Shown in pieces: positions 29,201 through 42,384 of a stretch of 64,000 bases of DNA. The position numbers and the translations under genes were made by a program. This DNA comes from the human T2T-CHM13v2.0 reference genome, Homo sapiens, in the NCBI RefSeq assembly GCF_009914755.1, contig NC_060929.1; one strand, 5' to 3'. The notes under the pieces are model-generated. The model saw only the letters and a list, made by a program, of their open reading frames with translations, ran no database searches and had not been told where the DNA came from. Every line of letters starts with the position of its first letter. The first letter of the stretch is position 1.

Positions 29201-29676
29201 CTAGAATTTCTGTTGTTGTTGTTTTTAAAATATATCCATCTTGACTTTCATATCCCTACTTGTTTTTCTGATTTCTTTGTGTTGGTTTTAAATTTTCTCC
29301 CTCTTTTTTTTTTTAATCACTGAACTTACTTGAATCCCATGTTTTGAATCTTTACCTGTCATTTCAGAATTTTCATTTTGGTTACAGTCTATTGCTAAAG
29401 AGCTAGTATGATGCTTTAGGGGTGTCAAAGCACTCTATTTTTGTATTGACAGAGATCTTGCACTGATTCTTTCTCATCTGAAAAGCTGTCACTTCTTGTT
29501 TTTGATTTTTCTTTCATTTGGATGGAACTTTTTAATTTCTTGTTGAACATATGAATGTATGTTGTGTATGACCATTTGCTTCATTTCTGGGTGTTGAGAA
29601 CTGATTTAAAAGCAGGAGTGAATATACTCAAATTCTCTTTATAGGCAAGTTGTTGAACAAAATGTGTCCTTTTATA

Positions 29677-29742
29677 TAACAAGTTGCTAGTAACTTGTAT
29701 GCATTTTCTACATCTGTGTAGGTCTGATTTCTCTCTAAGGCT
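29677..29742 (+). repeat. 66-bp direct repeat, copy 1
   Basis: 62/66 identical to 31244-31309. Confidence 0.92.
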
Positions 29743-30169
29743 GAACAAAACTATCCTGATAGCTAAACATAGACTACATTGCTTTCAGTAAATAAAATGA
29801 GTTCAGGTACATCAGGGATTCATTGTGTAGCTGCATATCTGGAAATTCTCCAAATTTACTTTCATATATAAGATAATGTTTATAATGGATAAATAATAAA
29901 TATGTGCGAATTTGAAGCTTACATGTATATTATTAAACGATGTCTTCAACAATTGTTTAGGATATTCACTAATAACATTTTTTTCAGAGAGAAACATTTT
30001 ATCACTGAAATTCTTTGTAATTACTGGTGCATGGGATAATTAAAAACAGACCAAATGAGTCTGTTTTATTATTGTTTTTAATTTCTCTACAGACAATGAA
30101 TTATCTTATTGCCTGCTTTGGCTGCTCAATCATTGGCATGCCACTAGTTTCAGCACAAGGGAGTCTGTT

Positions 30170-30330
30170 AGCTAACAGAGCTGTAAGTCAGTAACTCAGT
30201 TGTAGCTCTGTGTCTGTAAGGAGAATGATGTGTGATGTTATGCTCCATCCACTAAATATCTGTGTTTCAATTCCCTCACCTGCAAAATAAAGACAATCAG
30301 ATTACACAATTCCTGAAATTCAAGCTCTAA
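30170..30330 (+). mobile_element. MIR
   Basis: 'atctgtgtttcaattccctcacctgcaaaataa' MIR core. Confidence 0.5.
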
Positions 30331-30886
30331 AATGCAACTACTTAGCATTTAGCAATAAGGAATGTTGGAATGTGTTTGTGTTTATGAAGCCCATGTTTGG
30401 AGATAGACATTAACACTGCTGTAGGAAGCATAAACCCTGGGCTCTAACGACTCCTCTGCACGGCCATCATAAGGAAGTCTTTAACCTATTATCTTACATA
30501 AACCTCACTTATATTATTTGTAAAATGAGAGAACTACACCAAATGATTCCAATGTTTCTTGTCAGAGTGTTCTATAAGTCTGTATCTTATTTGTATAATT
30601 CTCCAATTTTTAAGCATAATTGTTTATTGTCCACTAGACATATTCTTTTACCTATTGTCATGGAGATAATAGAGTCATATAAAAATGAGAGTGTAATAAA
30701 ACCTTTGTGATAACTAGTAGAGTTAAAAAATCAAAATTGTAAAATATTAAATTTTTTCATATTTCATAATGAGAAAATCTACATTTATTACATAGGGTTA
30801 CAATTCACTGCAATTCATTGTTTTATCCATTTGAGCACAGTTCAGGCAGAACTATATTATCAAAAAAAAGTCTACTTTTTAGAAAT

Positions 30887-31248
30887 AGTCGTTGTTAACT
30901 CAGGCTGCTATAATTAAAATACCATAGACTGGGTGGTTTAAACAACAATCCATTATTCAAGGAAACTGAAGTTTAAGATCAAGGCACTGGCAGATGTAGT
31001 GTCTGGTTAGTGCCTAATTCCTGTCTTGTAGACATCCTCCTTCTAGTTATATCCTCACATGGCATAGAGCACTAGCTCTAATCTCTTCCTTTTCATATAA
31101 GGACACTAAACCCATTGTGGGACTCCACCCTCATGATTTCATCTAAACCCAGTTACCTCTCAGCGGCCCACCTCCTAATACCATCCCATTAGGGGTCAGG
31201 GTTTCAACATATGAATTACGCGGGGACACAAACATGCAGTCTTTAACA
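30887..31248 (-). mobile_element. MLT1A-like solo LTR (no matching TSD)
   Basis: 'ggctgctataa..aaataccatagactgggtggtttaaacaaca...ggggacacaaacatgcagtctttaaca'. Confidence 0.88.
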
Positions 31249-31309
31249 AGTTGCAAGTAACTTGTATGCATTTTCTATACCTGTGTAGGTCTGATTTCTC
31301 TCTAGGGCT
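31244..31309 (+). repeat. 66-bp direct repeat, copy 2
   Basis: Overlaps the LTR end by 'taaca'; matches 29677-29742. Confidence 0.92.
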
Positions 31310-31347
31310 TCAGCTCAAACTTAGAGATCATCTTCATGGTCATATAA

Positions 31348-31684
<337 letters not shown>

Positions 31685-31765
31685 GCCAATCCCTATTTTT
31701 TAACCCTTTCCCACATCCTAACCTCTAGTCTTATTTACTGAAGTCCTGCCTTTCTTCAATCTCTT

Positions 31766-32178
31766 TGTATTAGTCAGTTTGTGTTGCACATGATAGTCTG
31801 CTGCAGACTGGTATTTTGGGGGTTAAAAAACAGAAATTTATTTTGTCACAGTTATAGAGGCTAGAAGTCTGAAATCAAGGCACTAGCAAGTTGATTTTCT
31901 CCTAAGGCCCCTTTCCTTGGTTTGCAAAGAATCACCTTCTCATTGTGTCCTCACAGGGTTCTTTCCATGTATGAGCACAAGACCCTGGTATCTCTTCATT
32001 TTCTTATTGTGTCACCAGTCTTATTAGATTAGGGTCCCATCCTTATGGTCTCATATTGCTAATTGTTAATTACCTCTTTAAAGACCCTTTCTCCAAATAC
32101 AGTCACATTGTGGGAAAGATAGGGATTCAATCTATTAATTTGGGGAAGGGGGTGGGTGGCATAATTCAGTCTGTAACA
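31766..32178 (-). mobile_element. MLT1B-like solo LTR
   Basis: TG...CA ends, 'ctccaaatacagtcacatt'; TSD ctctt/ctttt. Confidence 0.85.
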
Positions 32179-32944
32179 CTTTTAAGCTGTCTGATGACTC
32201 ACGGAACTTGCTCTGTCTTTAACCTATCTTTATTATTGTTATTCAGAATTATTCATTTCCTGAACAAAATAAATAATTTTTAAATACTTAATTAATATGG
32301 TTTGTTTCCTGTAAGTTGCCCTGCATGTCTTTATCCTAGATGTTAACAACTTACATTGCACTTTCTTAAGATCCCTTCTGCTTTGAAGAACATGAAGGGG
32401 TTAAAGTACAAAATGTACTTCAGAAGGCTTGTGAGATTAATGTGAGTAAAGCCTCTGAAACAGCAGTTTAGAAACATTACATCAAAGGGAACTTCAATAA
32501 GTGAAGTGAATTAGGCTATGGCAGAGGTAGGTGGATAATGTGTCTGTGAAGTAGCCTGATCACAGAATGTTCAGGATGGCAGGTGCATTCAAGCCAGGAG
32601 GACCGGATGGACTGCAGCCACCAGGGTGATGAGTGAAGTGAGAGCCAGGAGTTGACAATAATGGAGGATTTCTCAAGAAAAAAAAGAGGGATGGAATGAT
32701 TCCACTTGTTTTATTTCCCAAGAAATTTCTTGATATCCCAGGGACATTTTTTCTAAATGATTTGCTTCCCTCAGCATTTTCATTTTTGGATCTATTTCTT
32801 GTCCCCAAGAATTGTAAATCCAGTCTTCTGGCTCATTTCATAACTTTCCAGTTAATGACATAAACAATCTGATTCCCCAGCTTTCTAAAAAGAAGAAATT
32901 GAGGTTACAAATTATTTTCTTTCTTTCTGTGATTTCATGTCACA

Positions 32945-33340
32945 GTGATTTTAAAAATTCTTAATTGAGACATGTTACTCATCTGTTTAACAACCTAGTG
33001 ACCCTTCTTTTCATTCAAACTAAAAGCCAGAGTCATTATGAATTATGCGAAGTCCATGGTGAGCCTGGCCCAGTTGCCTCTCTCACCACAGGTCCTGTTG
33101 CTTTTCCCCTTTCTTTCCCTTGCTCTCCCCAGCCACACCAACTTGCTTTCTTTCTATCCAAGGCACTTATTACTTTCCAGTAAATTATCTAATGTATTCA
33201 TTTACTTTGTGTGTTGTCTAATCTTTTCCGTTGCAGCATAAATTCTGTCATGACAGATTTTTGTCTGTTTTGTTAAATGCTATATCCTGAGTGCCTAGAA
33301 AAGTATCTGGCATGAGTAAATTTAATACCAATTAAATGAT
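32945..33340 (+). mobile_element. L2a 3' end
   Basis: 'gatttttgtctgttttgttaaatgctatatcctgagtgcctagaaaagtatctggcat'. Confidence 0.75.
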
Positions 33341-35154
33341 GGCGATTTGTTTTGGAAGCAAAATGAGATCCTAAATTTATCAAAGACTTTAAACATTGGA
33401 AAGTAAAATCAGTGGATTTTTGATTAGCTATTGTCCTTTTATTTATGTATAATTAGATACCTGACTTTGTTTTGTTTTACTTGAGATACTCTTCATTTTA
33501 ATAGATAGTCCTTGATGATGTAAATAACCATGATCATATGTATTCGCTGAATTTGCATTGGTAATAGTCCGTCCCTTCACATTCATAACTTCATTCTTCT
33601 AAAATCAAATCCTAAGGGATGTGAAATAGATAGAAGTGTTAAGAAGCAGAAAATAGAAAGAGAATGGGTATAGATCAGACTCATACTATACTCCTTTCTG
33701 CCTTTTCAGTTACGTCAATACTTTCTTTTCTGTCTTTCAATGGGGTGCTGAGGAATATGGGCTGAATTCTACTCTACTTAATGTCAGTGGACTTCTGTAT
33801 GAGAGGCAAAGTGAAGAAAATGAAAGGAATAGACTTGTGGAGGACAGAGAATCTTTCTTTTCTTTCCAAATTACAATGTATTATGTCTTTTTCTCTAGGA
33901 AAATAAAACATTTGTATTTGAAATTTATTTTCAAGGTATGCTTTTCACAGGTTACAGTAACAATTTTCTACATTTGACATATTTTTATATGAACATTTTT
34001 GAAAGCACAGCAGGAAAGAAAATATCTGATGCTCTCTCTCTGCAGGTTTGCTTCTTTTTACTGTGACTAGAAGTGGAAGGACCCGACAACACAGCAAGCG
34101 GCAGGGCATGCTTGGCAGAAAAATACAGCTCAAAGACAAAAGATATAAAACAAGATATAAAACATCAGTTATGTGTTAGAGAAGGGTGTTCAGTTAATGA
34201 TCACAGCAGATGAAACTTGGTTTACACAAAACCTTTAGTCTTCGAATATTTTGTGCTCAACCTTGAAAAAACAGGCTCATTAGTCAGAAAGAATCTGCTG
34301 TAATTATTCTTCAAGTTAGAAATTCCTTTGGGAATGTGGTCCATTCCAGCTATCTGATAATAGATCACTCAAGAGAAATTTATTATCCCTGATTTTGGAG
34401 AAGCCTCATTGCAGATTCTATCCTACCTTGTTAAGCAGGATATTACTCTGAAATCCTTTCCCTTCTCACTGGGACATCATCCAGACACCAGCAATCTTAC
34501 AAGACTACTTCTTTACGGAGCTGAAGAGGGTATCTATCTATCTTGAGGAAAAGAAACTGAGCAATTTGGCAACTGCTTTAATCTATAAATGCATAGTAAA
34601 GGTAGGAACTAGCATCTTTATTGAATTTACAATGCCCTTCCCATATACATTATTTCGGGCCATCTTCTAAACAGCAAGTATGAGTTAGGTGGAAGCAACG
34701 TGTATTTGTTCTTGGTACTTGTTGCTAGCAATTTTACATTACTTGTAGCTTAAATGAGATTCTGCTATATTGGCTTGTGTGAACCCAGCTGAAAGGATCA
34801 ATAGTTTCTCCCACATGGCACATATTACTTGTTATGGCTCATACCAAAACTCAGGATTAAATTTTACCTGAAAAATTGGTGTAATGCATCTCCTGAGAAG
34901 GCATCAGAACGTAAGGTAGTGGCCATTGATTGCTCCTACTCAAATGACAGAATTTTAGACTTCAGAGAGGCTATTAATATGCAAAACAACAACAAAACAT
35001 AAGATCAAAAGTTAAAAGAAATGTATAGTACATAAGTGTAACAATCGCTGGCCAACTTAACAAAACAAAGAAGTCCTGGTAACCTAATTTCTGGCATCAG
35101 AAATACATAATTGATGCCAAATGTTACTATTTTAAGATAATCTTTAACACCACA

Positions 35155-35755
35155 TGTGGTGGTCCCTAAGACTGTCCTCAGTTTCAGTTATTCACTAAGT
35201 GGACTCACAGGATTCAAAAGGTCTTATACTCAGGATTACAGTTTATGACAGTGAAAAGAGTGAAAAGATACAGATTAAAATCAGCCAAAAAAAAAAAAGG
35301 TACATGGGCCAAGTACAGTGCAGTCTCATAGGAGAAACCTAATTTTCCCAGCAATGATGTGGGCCAACATGTGTGAAGAGTAGCAACTCTTCTGGCCAGC
35401 AGGCCAGAAAAGCTCACTTGAGCCTTGGCTCCCAGGGTTTCTACTGGGGGGTCAGTCAGTAAAGCACTGCATATTACTTAATGCTCAGCCATTCTGCTAC
35501 TCAGACCCCAGACTACCAGAGAAAAGAACAATTGTTCAGCATAAACCACATTGTTAGCATAAGCTATTTGGTCAAATCGTTAGCATGGTCCAAGCCTGCC
35601 TGCATACAGAAACATTTTGTTAGACAAAACCTTCCAAGGGCTCAGAGCTCAGCTGTCAGGAGCCAGTCAAGGCCTAGTCCTGAAAAAAAGGTCTCTCTTG
35701 GGAACCTGTGGGGTTTCAACAACCCCGTCCTACTAATTTAATCCTTTCTTGTACA
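35155..35755 (-). mobile_element. MER77/MER21-like LTR
   Basis: 'ggactcacaggattc...gatacagattaaaatcagc...cataaaccacattgttagcat...ccttccaagggctcagag'. Confidence 0.7.
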
Positions 35756-36013
35756 CTGTAGAATTTCAATGTGGAACCAATAAAATCATTAAGTGAAGAA
35801 ACATTTTTGATGCCATTGTAAAGTCATTCAAATATTCTATATATATTGATCATGTTGATTATTTTTATGTTTAATTTACTGCATGTTTATAAACAATCTT
35901 CAGTTTTTCCTAATTGTACATTGGTTTACTCTTTACCTATTTACCTTTTTAAAAAAGTGTCTGTATTTTAATTAAATAACATGTACATGGTTTTAAAACC
36001 AAAAATTTCAAAC

Positions 36014-36325
36014 AGGTAAAAATATTCCTTATCTACAATTCAAGTTTTTAGAAAGCTTTGAAAAATAAAAGATAAAACATATTTGTTGTAAAACCGTACC
36101 TAAAGTTACATAAGGCTATTTAGAATCTTTGTTTTTTGTAATCTATGAACTATGAACTTTCAAATGTTTCACATCAGAAATATGAATAAATGTGATTGAT
36201 TATAGGGTGCTGCCCAATACTCCTTTGGAAGTGTTACATAATACATATTATTTTTTGCACTCTATTGCCTCTCTAAATTGAAAATTACTGAATTCTGAAC
36301 TCTTAATCACCAAGGATTTGGATCT
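36014..36325. mobile_element. MER46C-like Tigger MITE
   Basis: 'caggt..ccttatctacaattc...gattatagggtgctgccc...gaattctgaa...caaggatttggat'. Confidence 0.65.
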
Positions 36326-36664
36326 TTACAGAGACCCAGCTTACACACTCACTGTAACACAATTTTGTGTTTCATTTTCCAGAGGCAGTACCTTCAACTG
36401 TTTGCTTAATGATATGCTTTCTAATATTTTTTGAATTTTCAATTTTGGTCAATGTATATTGACTTACTTATAGGAAAATGGAAAATGACAATTTATTTCT
36501 CTCGTATTAAGTGAAACTTAACTCTCCCGTATTTTCAAAACAGTTATATTTGGGGGATGTTTAAATTTGGAATTAACATTGTTAGTGAAAGCAGAGCTAT
36601 TTTGTTAGAGGATCTTGTGAGACAAGGTATTTAATCATCACATGATATTTAAAAGGCCTGGTTA

Positions 36665-36787
36665 CCAACACAGCACATGTATACATATGTAACAAACCTG
36701 CACGTTGTGCACATGTGCCCTAGAACTTAAAGTATAATAAAAAAAAGGTTAGCCACTTGAAAAAATAAAAAATAAAAATAAATAAAT
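36665..36787 (+). mobile_element. 5'-truncated L1PA 3' end (about 80 bp) with a double A-tail
   Basis: 'cacatgtatacatatgtaacaaacctgcacgttgtgcacatg..cctagaacttaaagtataataa'; perfect 14-bp TSD aaaaggcctggtta. Confidence 0.95.
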
Positions 36788-38723
36788 AAAAGGCCTGGTT
36801 ATTTTACTGCATTCATACTGAGTAACTAATACTGTAGTAACTGCGAACATCTTGTTATGAATTAGCACATAGTGAATATCCAGTGGGTTATTGTATATTC
36901 ATCCCATTGATACATGATAATATTTTTGCCTTTATTACATGGTCACAGAACAAGCTTCAATTACAATTTGAAAATGCAGTGCTACTTCAAACATGCCCAG
37001 GATCCAAATACTGCTCCTTGACTCTTACTTGAGGTGTAGGTGACCCATGTAAATAAATTATTTCCAGAGAAATTTCCCCTGTATGTTCTAGAATCCATGA
37101 AAAATGGGTGGAATAGGAGCGGAATCAGCATTTTCTTCTTTTCCTGAATGAATAAACTTAAACAATAGACATAATTGGGGATCAATATCACGGATGGGTG
37201 GTCTAGTTAAAATTTATACATATATAGTAATTTCTAAGTTCTTTCTAATTTTAAAACACGTTTCCCTGAACCATCCTATCATCTGTTTAAATATTTTGAG
37301 CAAACTAACCACCATTCTGTGTGTCATATTTTGAGTTGTTCTGTTATTAATGAATAAGAAATATTTTAATTTTACTGTTTCCAGGCATAACCTGCAAAGT
37401 ACTCCTTTCACATCTCTTAACTTCTGAAGTTTCCACAATTTTCACTTATCCTTTAGTTAATAAAATTCTAAGTCATTTTGAAAGTTCCACCTCAAACTCA
37501 ATTTAAATGTAACCTTCTTCTCTCCATCATAGGCTTGAGTTGTATTTCTGTTTGGAGTAAAGGGGGAAGACGTGGGCAACCATGCTAAACACATCTTTAA
37601 CATTTTTGAGCTATTACAAGTGTTGTAGTCACACAGACATGAGAGATAATAATTTCTATTATAAGCAAGTTTGTATTGGTCACAGGGCAGTGTCAATTTG
37701 TCTGAGGTCATCTTCTGCTGGTGGAACACAGCTCCACCAATGTGATTGTCTTTTATGGGATTTGCACAAGTTTCCTTGGGAGGAGTGATCAGTTTCATCT
37801 AATTCTTTTTCATTACTGAAGAACCTTTAAGAAAAAGTCAGATGGTTCTCCTTTAATCTCATCAGTGGTTCATGTCCCCAAGTCTTTCTTGGTAAATTGT
37901 CCACGCAAGAGACTTGATGTCCCTGGGTGTTTCCTAGTGCCTGACATCTATTTGAATGTTTGTACCCCTTCATGAAAAATGCCAACTTCTTCTTCTACTG
38001 CTTTTAAGGGAAGGTGTCCAAGAACTAGGATTATACTTCTTCACCAAAATATTGTAACTGGTTTGTTGCTCTTTCTTTTGATACAAGATTTTCTAGCAAG
38101 TTTCAAGTTCTTAGAAACCCATAGACTAGAAATGGATACCAATCTTAATGTGTAAACACTGCCTCAAATTGCAGAGGTTATATGTCAAATGCACCTAATA
38201 ACTACCTCCCTATGATTAATTTCATTCTAATTGTGGCACAAGGATGAAACTCAGGATCCTACAGCTCATGAGTTATCCACCCAAGGAATGAAGTGATCAC
38301 CTTCCCTTCTCAAATCTTTGGTTGTGGTTGAGCTAAAACTTTCTGCCATGAAACTTGACTTGGGGGCAGAAGACATTCTTGTTCCTTTAGCAGAAGAACT
38401 TTTGTTCCCATTACTAACATTTATTTCTCATAAAATAGAAAGCTTGTATATTTATGTTGAAAAACCCTCTCTCCTGTCCCATTTTTTCTCCTCTCTTTAA
38501 GTTAGCCAGGAGTGGAATGTGGCAGTGGTAAGATTTTAAGGACGCTAAGCCCTCAGGAATTGTGTCTGGCTCAGTTTTTTTTTTTTTTTTTTTTTTTGCA
38601 ATTTTTAAATGTGAGAATAATTGTACCTTTGACTTCAATCTTTGAGCTTTGCTCAAAAACATTCTATAATTTTAATTTTTACTGTTAAATAAATTATAGC
38701 ATTCTTGTAAACAGTATATAAAT

Positions 38724-38926
38724 CAGAGGTCAGCAAACTATGCCCCATAGACCAAATCTGCTTGCCAACTGCTTTTATTGAAACATAGTCACACTCATTT
38801 GTTTACTGTCTTTGGGTGCTTTTATGTTACAACAACAAAGTTGAGTTTTTGCAACAATGACTGTATCTTCCACAAGCCTAATATGTTTATTATCTGAACC
38901 TCTATAGAAATGTTTGCCAATTCCTG
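38724..38926. mobile_element. MER58A (hAT-Charlie)
   Basis: TIRs cagaggtcagcaaact / tgtttgccaattcctg; TSD atataaat/gtctaaat. Confidence 0.88.
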
Positions 38927-39504
38927 GTCTAAATAATTTCTGAATGTATATTCTTTAGTTTATCACTATCATCATCATTTTATAATAAAATCCATCATAA
39001 AATTAGAGTTTTGTATATAGCAAGGAGGGGTATATGTCTTAGGTTTTGGATTGTGTTGTTGCTAATTTTTGCAAAAATCACTTATCTTCTGTATTTTCCA
39101 TACCTAATAATGACTAGTATATATCAGACACTCAATAACAAACGAGCAGAACTGACTCGGAGTCCAGTTATGGCTTATGAATGGCATAATCCTGGTTTCC
39201 TGGGGTTAGCCACTATAGAAATTTCTCTTTTGGCCATCATTAAATAATGTAAACCATTTTCTACGATGCAAATGAAGCTGCTGTGTTTTGAGAGGTTCAC
39301 CTAGGAGCCTGCTCCTAAGGACCTACCAACTAGGATTGTCCTATCCAAGAGTGTGAGCTCAATCTAGTTTCAATTCCCTTCTTTACTGCTTTCCCATGTT
39401 TCCATGGGAACCATCATCCCCTGAGGCTTTTTTTCCCTGAAATACAAAGTATTATACCTGACATGGTCTTCAATATTTTATAAGCTGGATCTAAAACTGA
39501 GATC

Positions 39505-39745
39505 TGTGTTGCTAAGTGTAGTGAAAGAAAATAGCTGGAATCTTACAGACTTGTGTTTGAGTCCTGACTGTGTGACTGTCAGCAAGTTGTATAATTGTTG
39601 TGAGCCTTGCTTTCCTTTTCTGTAATGTAAAAGTAGAGAACTGATGTAGCTTTTGTAGTCAGGAAGGGAAAGTCAAAGGACATGATTACATAAAGCATTT
39701 ATCTCAGTGCATTATCCATAGTACAAATTCGATAAAATTAGCTTT
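39505..39745 (+). mobile_element. MIR
   Basis: 'gtttgagtcctgactgtgtgactgtcagcaagtt...gagccttgctttcc...tgtaaaa'. Confidence 0.6.
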
Positions 39746-42322
39746 CTCTGCTCTCTTGAAAAAGGAATCTAAGTTCAGAAAAGGTAATTGCATTATACAG
39801 GCAGTTTGTATTTTTAGAGTTCAAAAAAGAAACAAATGAGGGGCTGATGTATTTAGAGAAAGTTTTTGAACATTAAGGACAGTTCTCCTAAGACTTGAAA
39901 AGCACAACTACCTCTGATGTACACTGAACTTTCGTTAAAGCTCCTCTCTTGAATTTAATGATATTATTAGGAGCAAAGCCACAGGTTAACAAAGACCATT
40001 GCAACCAGTATAGGTGGGAGAGTGGGAGCAGGCAGTTCTGCCTAACTTTGCCTAAAAGAAGTTCAGAGGATTTATTCAGATTTTCAGATATATTTAACAG
40101 TATCCACAGCCATTGAAGTAGAAAAGGCATCAACTAAAGGTTATTGAGAAAGTTACACAATTTCAGGAGGGTTCAAGTCAGGCTTAGAGGCTAATGGTGT
40201 TGGTTAATCAACAAAGAGATAGCTAACTCCATAGCTTAGAATTTCAAGAATTCTCTAAACAGAAAATGGATTATCTAAATACCCTGGACAATTAAAACAT
40301 GACAACTATTCACTAGAGAAAGTTTACAGTGGGAGATTTTATGAAATTAGGATTATGATGTAAATAAGATGTATTTTACACAGCCTATAGACTTGGGAAC
40401 CTGCAGAGTACTGCAAACCAGTCATCAGTTTACTGATGAGTTCATAGTGATTGGAAATTAGGTGTTTTTCATGACTCTACATTACATCTTGCTGGCATTT
40501 TGGAGAGAGCAATAACCAACTCTTGTTTTTACACTCTATCCTTGTGCCCACAGTTTTGAACACATCAATAAAGATGGGCAACCGCTTTCTACTCTTTATG
40601 TATAAGGTTAATTGAAATATTTCATAGGATTTTTAGCTGCATTCGGGGTATATTCAGTTTCCTCTTCCAAATTTGCCAGCCCTGGGCAGAAACAGGGGTT
40701 TGGAGAGGCAGGCAAAGAGAGGCCAATAGTGCATTTTAGAAGAAATCTCAAGAAAGCACAATCCCAAAGTAATGGTGATTACCCTGTAACATGACACCTA
40801 TTCTATTTGGCGGCCATTGCTACAAAAGAAGCAATCCTAGAGCTAGAAGACAAATTGATACCATATTTTAGATATATTTGAATATCAGTGTTGGCATCTG
40901 AACATCAAAGCTATTACAGGTTTTCCTTTACTATCATGTGAGAGCCATGTATTAGCGATCTTTACAAATAGATTTTGTTCAGAGGCAGCGGTCTTGGGTT
41001 ATTTAGTCTGCAATATTTCTGAAAATCAAAGGCTGAATAAATTTAGCTTCAAAAGGGAATAAATATATTGAGAAAAGCAGAGGACCAAACTTGGGCCAGT
41101 TCTCCCACATCAAAAAGTGAGTAATCTTATTAGAGGCAGACACTGGGAGGTAAATGTCTTTCTTGACTCTTCAACCTCTTGCGAAATCATCTGGTTTCCC
41201 AGAAAACACTTAGTGGCTGTCATGTGTGTACAGATTTTTATACTTGTGTTGAGTACATGTGAGCTGTATATCAATATGTACTACAGGTGATAAAGTTGAG
41301 AATGTCCCATTTACTAGAATTCTTCTGATAGTACATGTAATATTTGAGTGATTTCTTGATAGGTTCATTTAAGATGGAATTTGAATCATTGTGAGCCTGA
41401 GTGTCAGATAATACTGACATTTATAGAGAAGGGAGTTAATCTGCATTCCAAATGACAAGGTGTTTTGTTTTGAATATGTTTTGACTATTTGTATTTTTTT
41501 TGAAAACGGGAGAAGGGTATAAGAAAGAGAAATGAGGGGAATGTATGCAATTTAGAGGTCATGTGGCTGTAAGCCCACTCTCTATTTTTCATTTCTAGTG
41601 AAATTTACTAAAATTCATGATATACTTATTGAGAGCTTTGTGGACACCCATATTTGGGAAGAATAAAAGTAATGATGTGAAAGAGTAGCATGTGTGAAAC
41701 CACAGAAATGGAGATAGGAGGTAATTCTCAGGAATTAGCAGAAATTTAACTTAGTGAGTTTTTTTTGTTGTTGTTGTTCTATGCAGCTTCATAGTAAACT
41801 TACTTTGCTCTTGAGGGCTGGAGAGGCCCCAGAAGACATTTAGGCTGCACTCATGTGCCCATGTGCCTGCTGCAGGAGAGGTTTCCCTCATTCTATGATA
41901 TTCTCCGCAAGAAACAAGATGGATTTGACTTTTGTGGAGTTACTGAACCAGAGCCAGCAACTTACACACAGTTACTGGTTGTAATACTTGCCTCTGCAAC
42001 TCTATAGGATGAACATAGATGTGACTCAGTAGTGATTTAACAACCATCAATCCACCCTTAGGATAATTTATATGAGCCAGTAATGTCACTTGCTGCCACA
42101 CAGACATCAGCAATGGAGCTGTTGCATGGGGAATTGCCCTATGGGCCTACAGGGGAAGAAAAGAGAAAAGGATAGATTTTATAGAGCAGTCACATTTTTT
42201 CTTTATTTTTGTATTTTTAGTCCACTTTCAGATATTAAATAAAGTTTTTGTTTCTATAGTTTGATTTCAAAGTTATATTTTTCCAATATACAAGGCTGCT
42301 TGGATAGTAATAATATTATATT

Positions 42323-42384
42323 TCTGTCTCTCTCTCTCTGTCTCTCTCTCTCTTTCTCTCTCTCTCTCTCACACACACACACAC
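42323..42384. repeat. (CT)n(CA)n compound microsatellite
   Basis: Direct reading. Confidence 0.9.

Larger units (their letters stand above)
24560..29598 (-). mobile_element. L1PA15-17-like element, about 5 kb (3' UTR, ORF2, ORF1; 5' UTR absent), inactive
   Basis: 3' end 'gggtacatgtccaggtttgttac'; ORF 27620-27928 carries EN-domain text (SSAHRTVSKIGNILGH...SDYSAIKLEIN...WTLNNFLLNDFWVNNEIK). Confidence 0.92.

Noticed and set aside
24560-29598. L1 ORF1/ORF2 as functional CDS
   Set aside because: Only short open fragments; many stops, frameshifts and deletions
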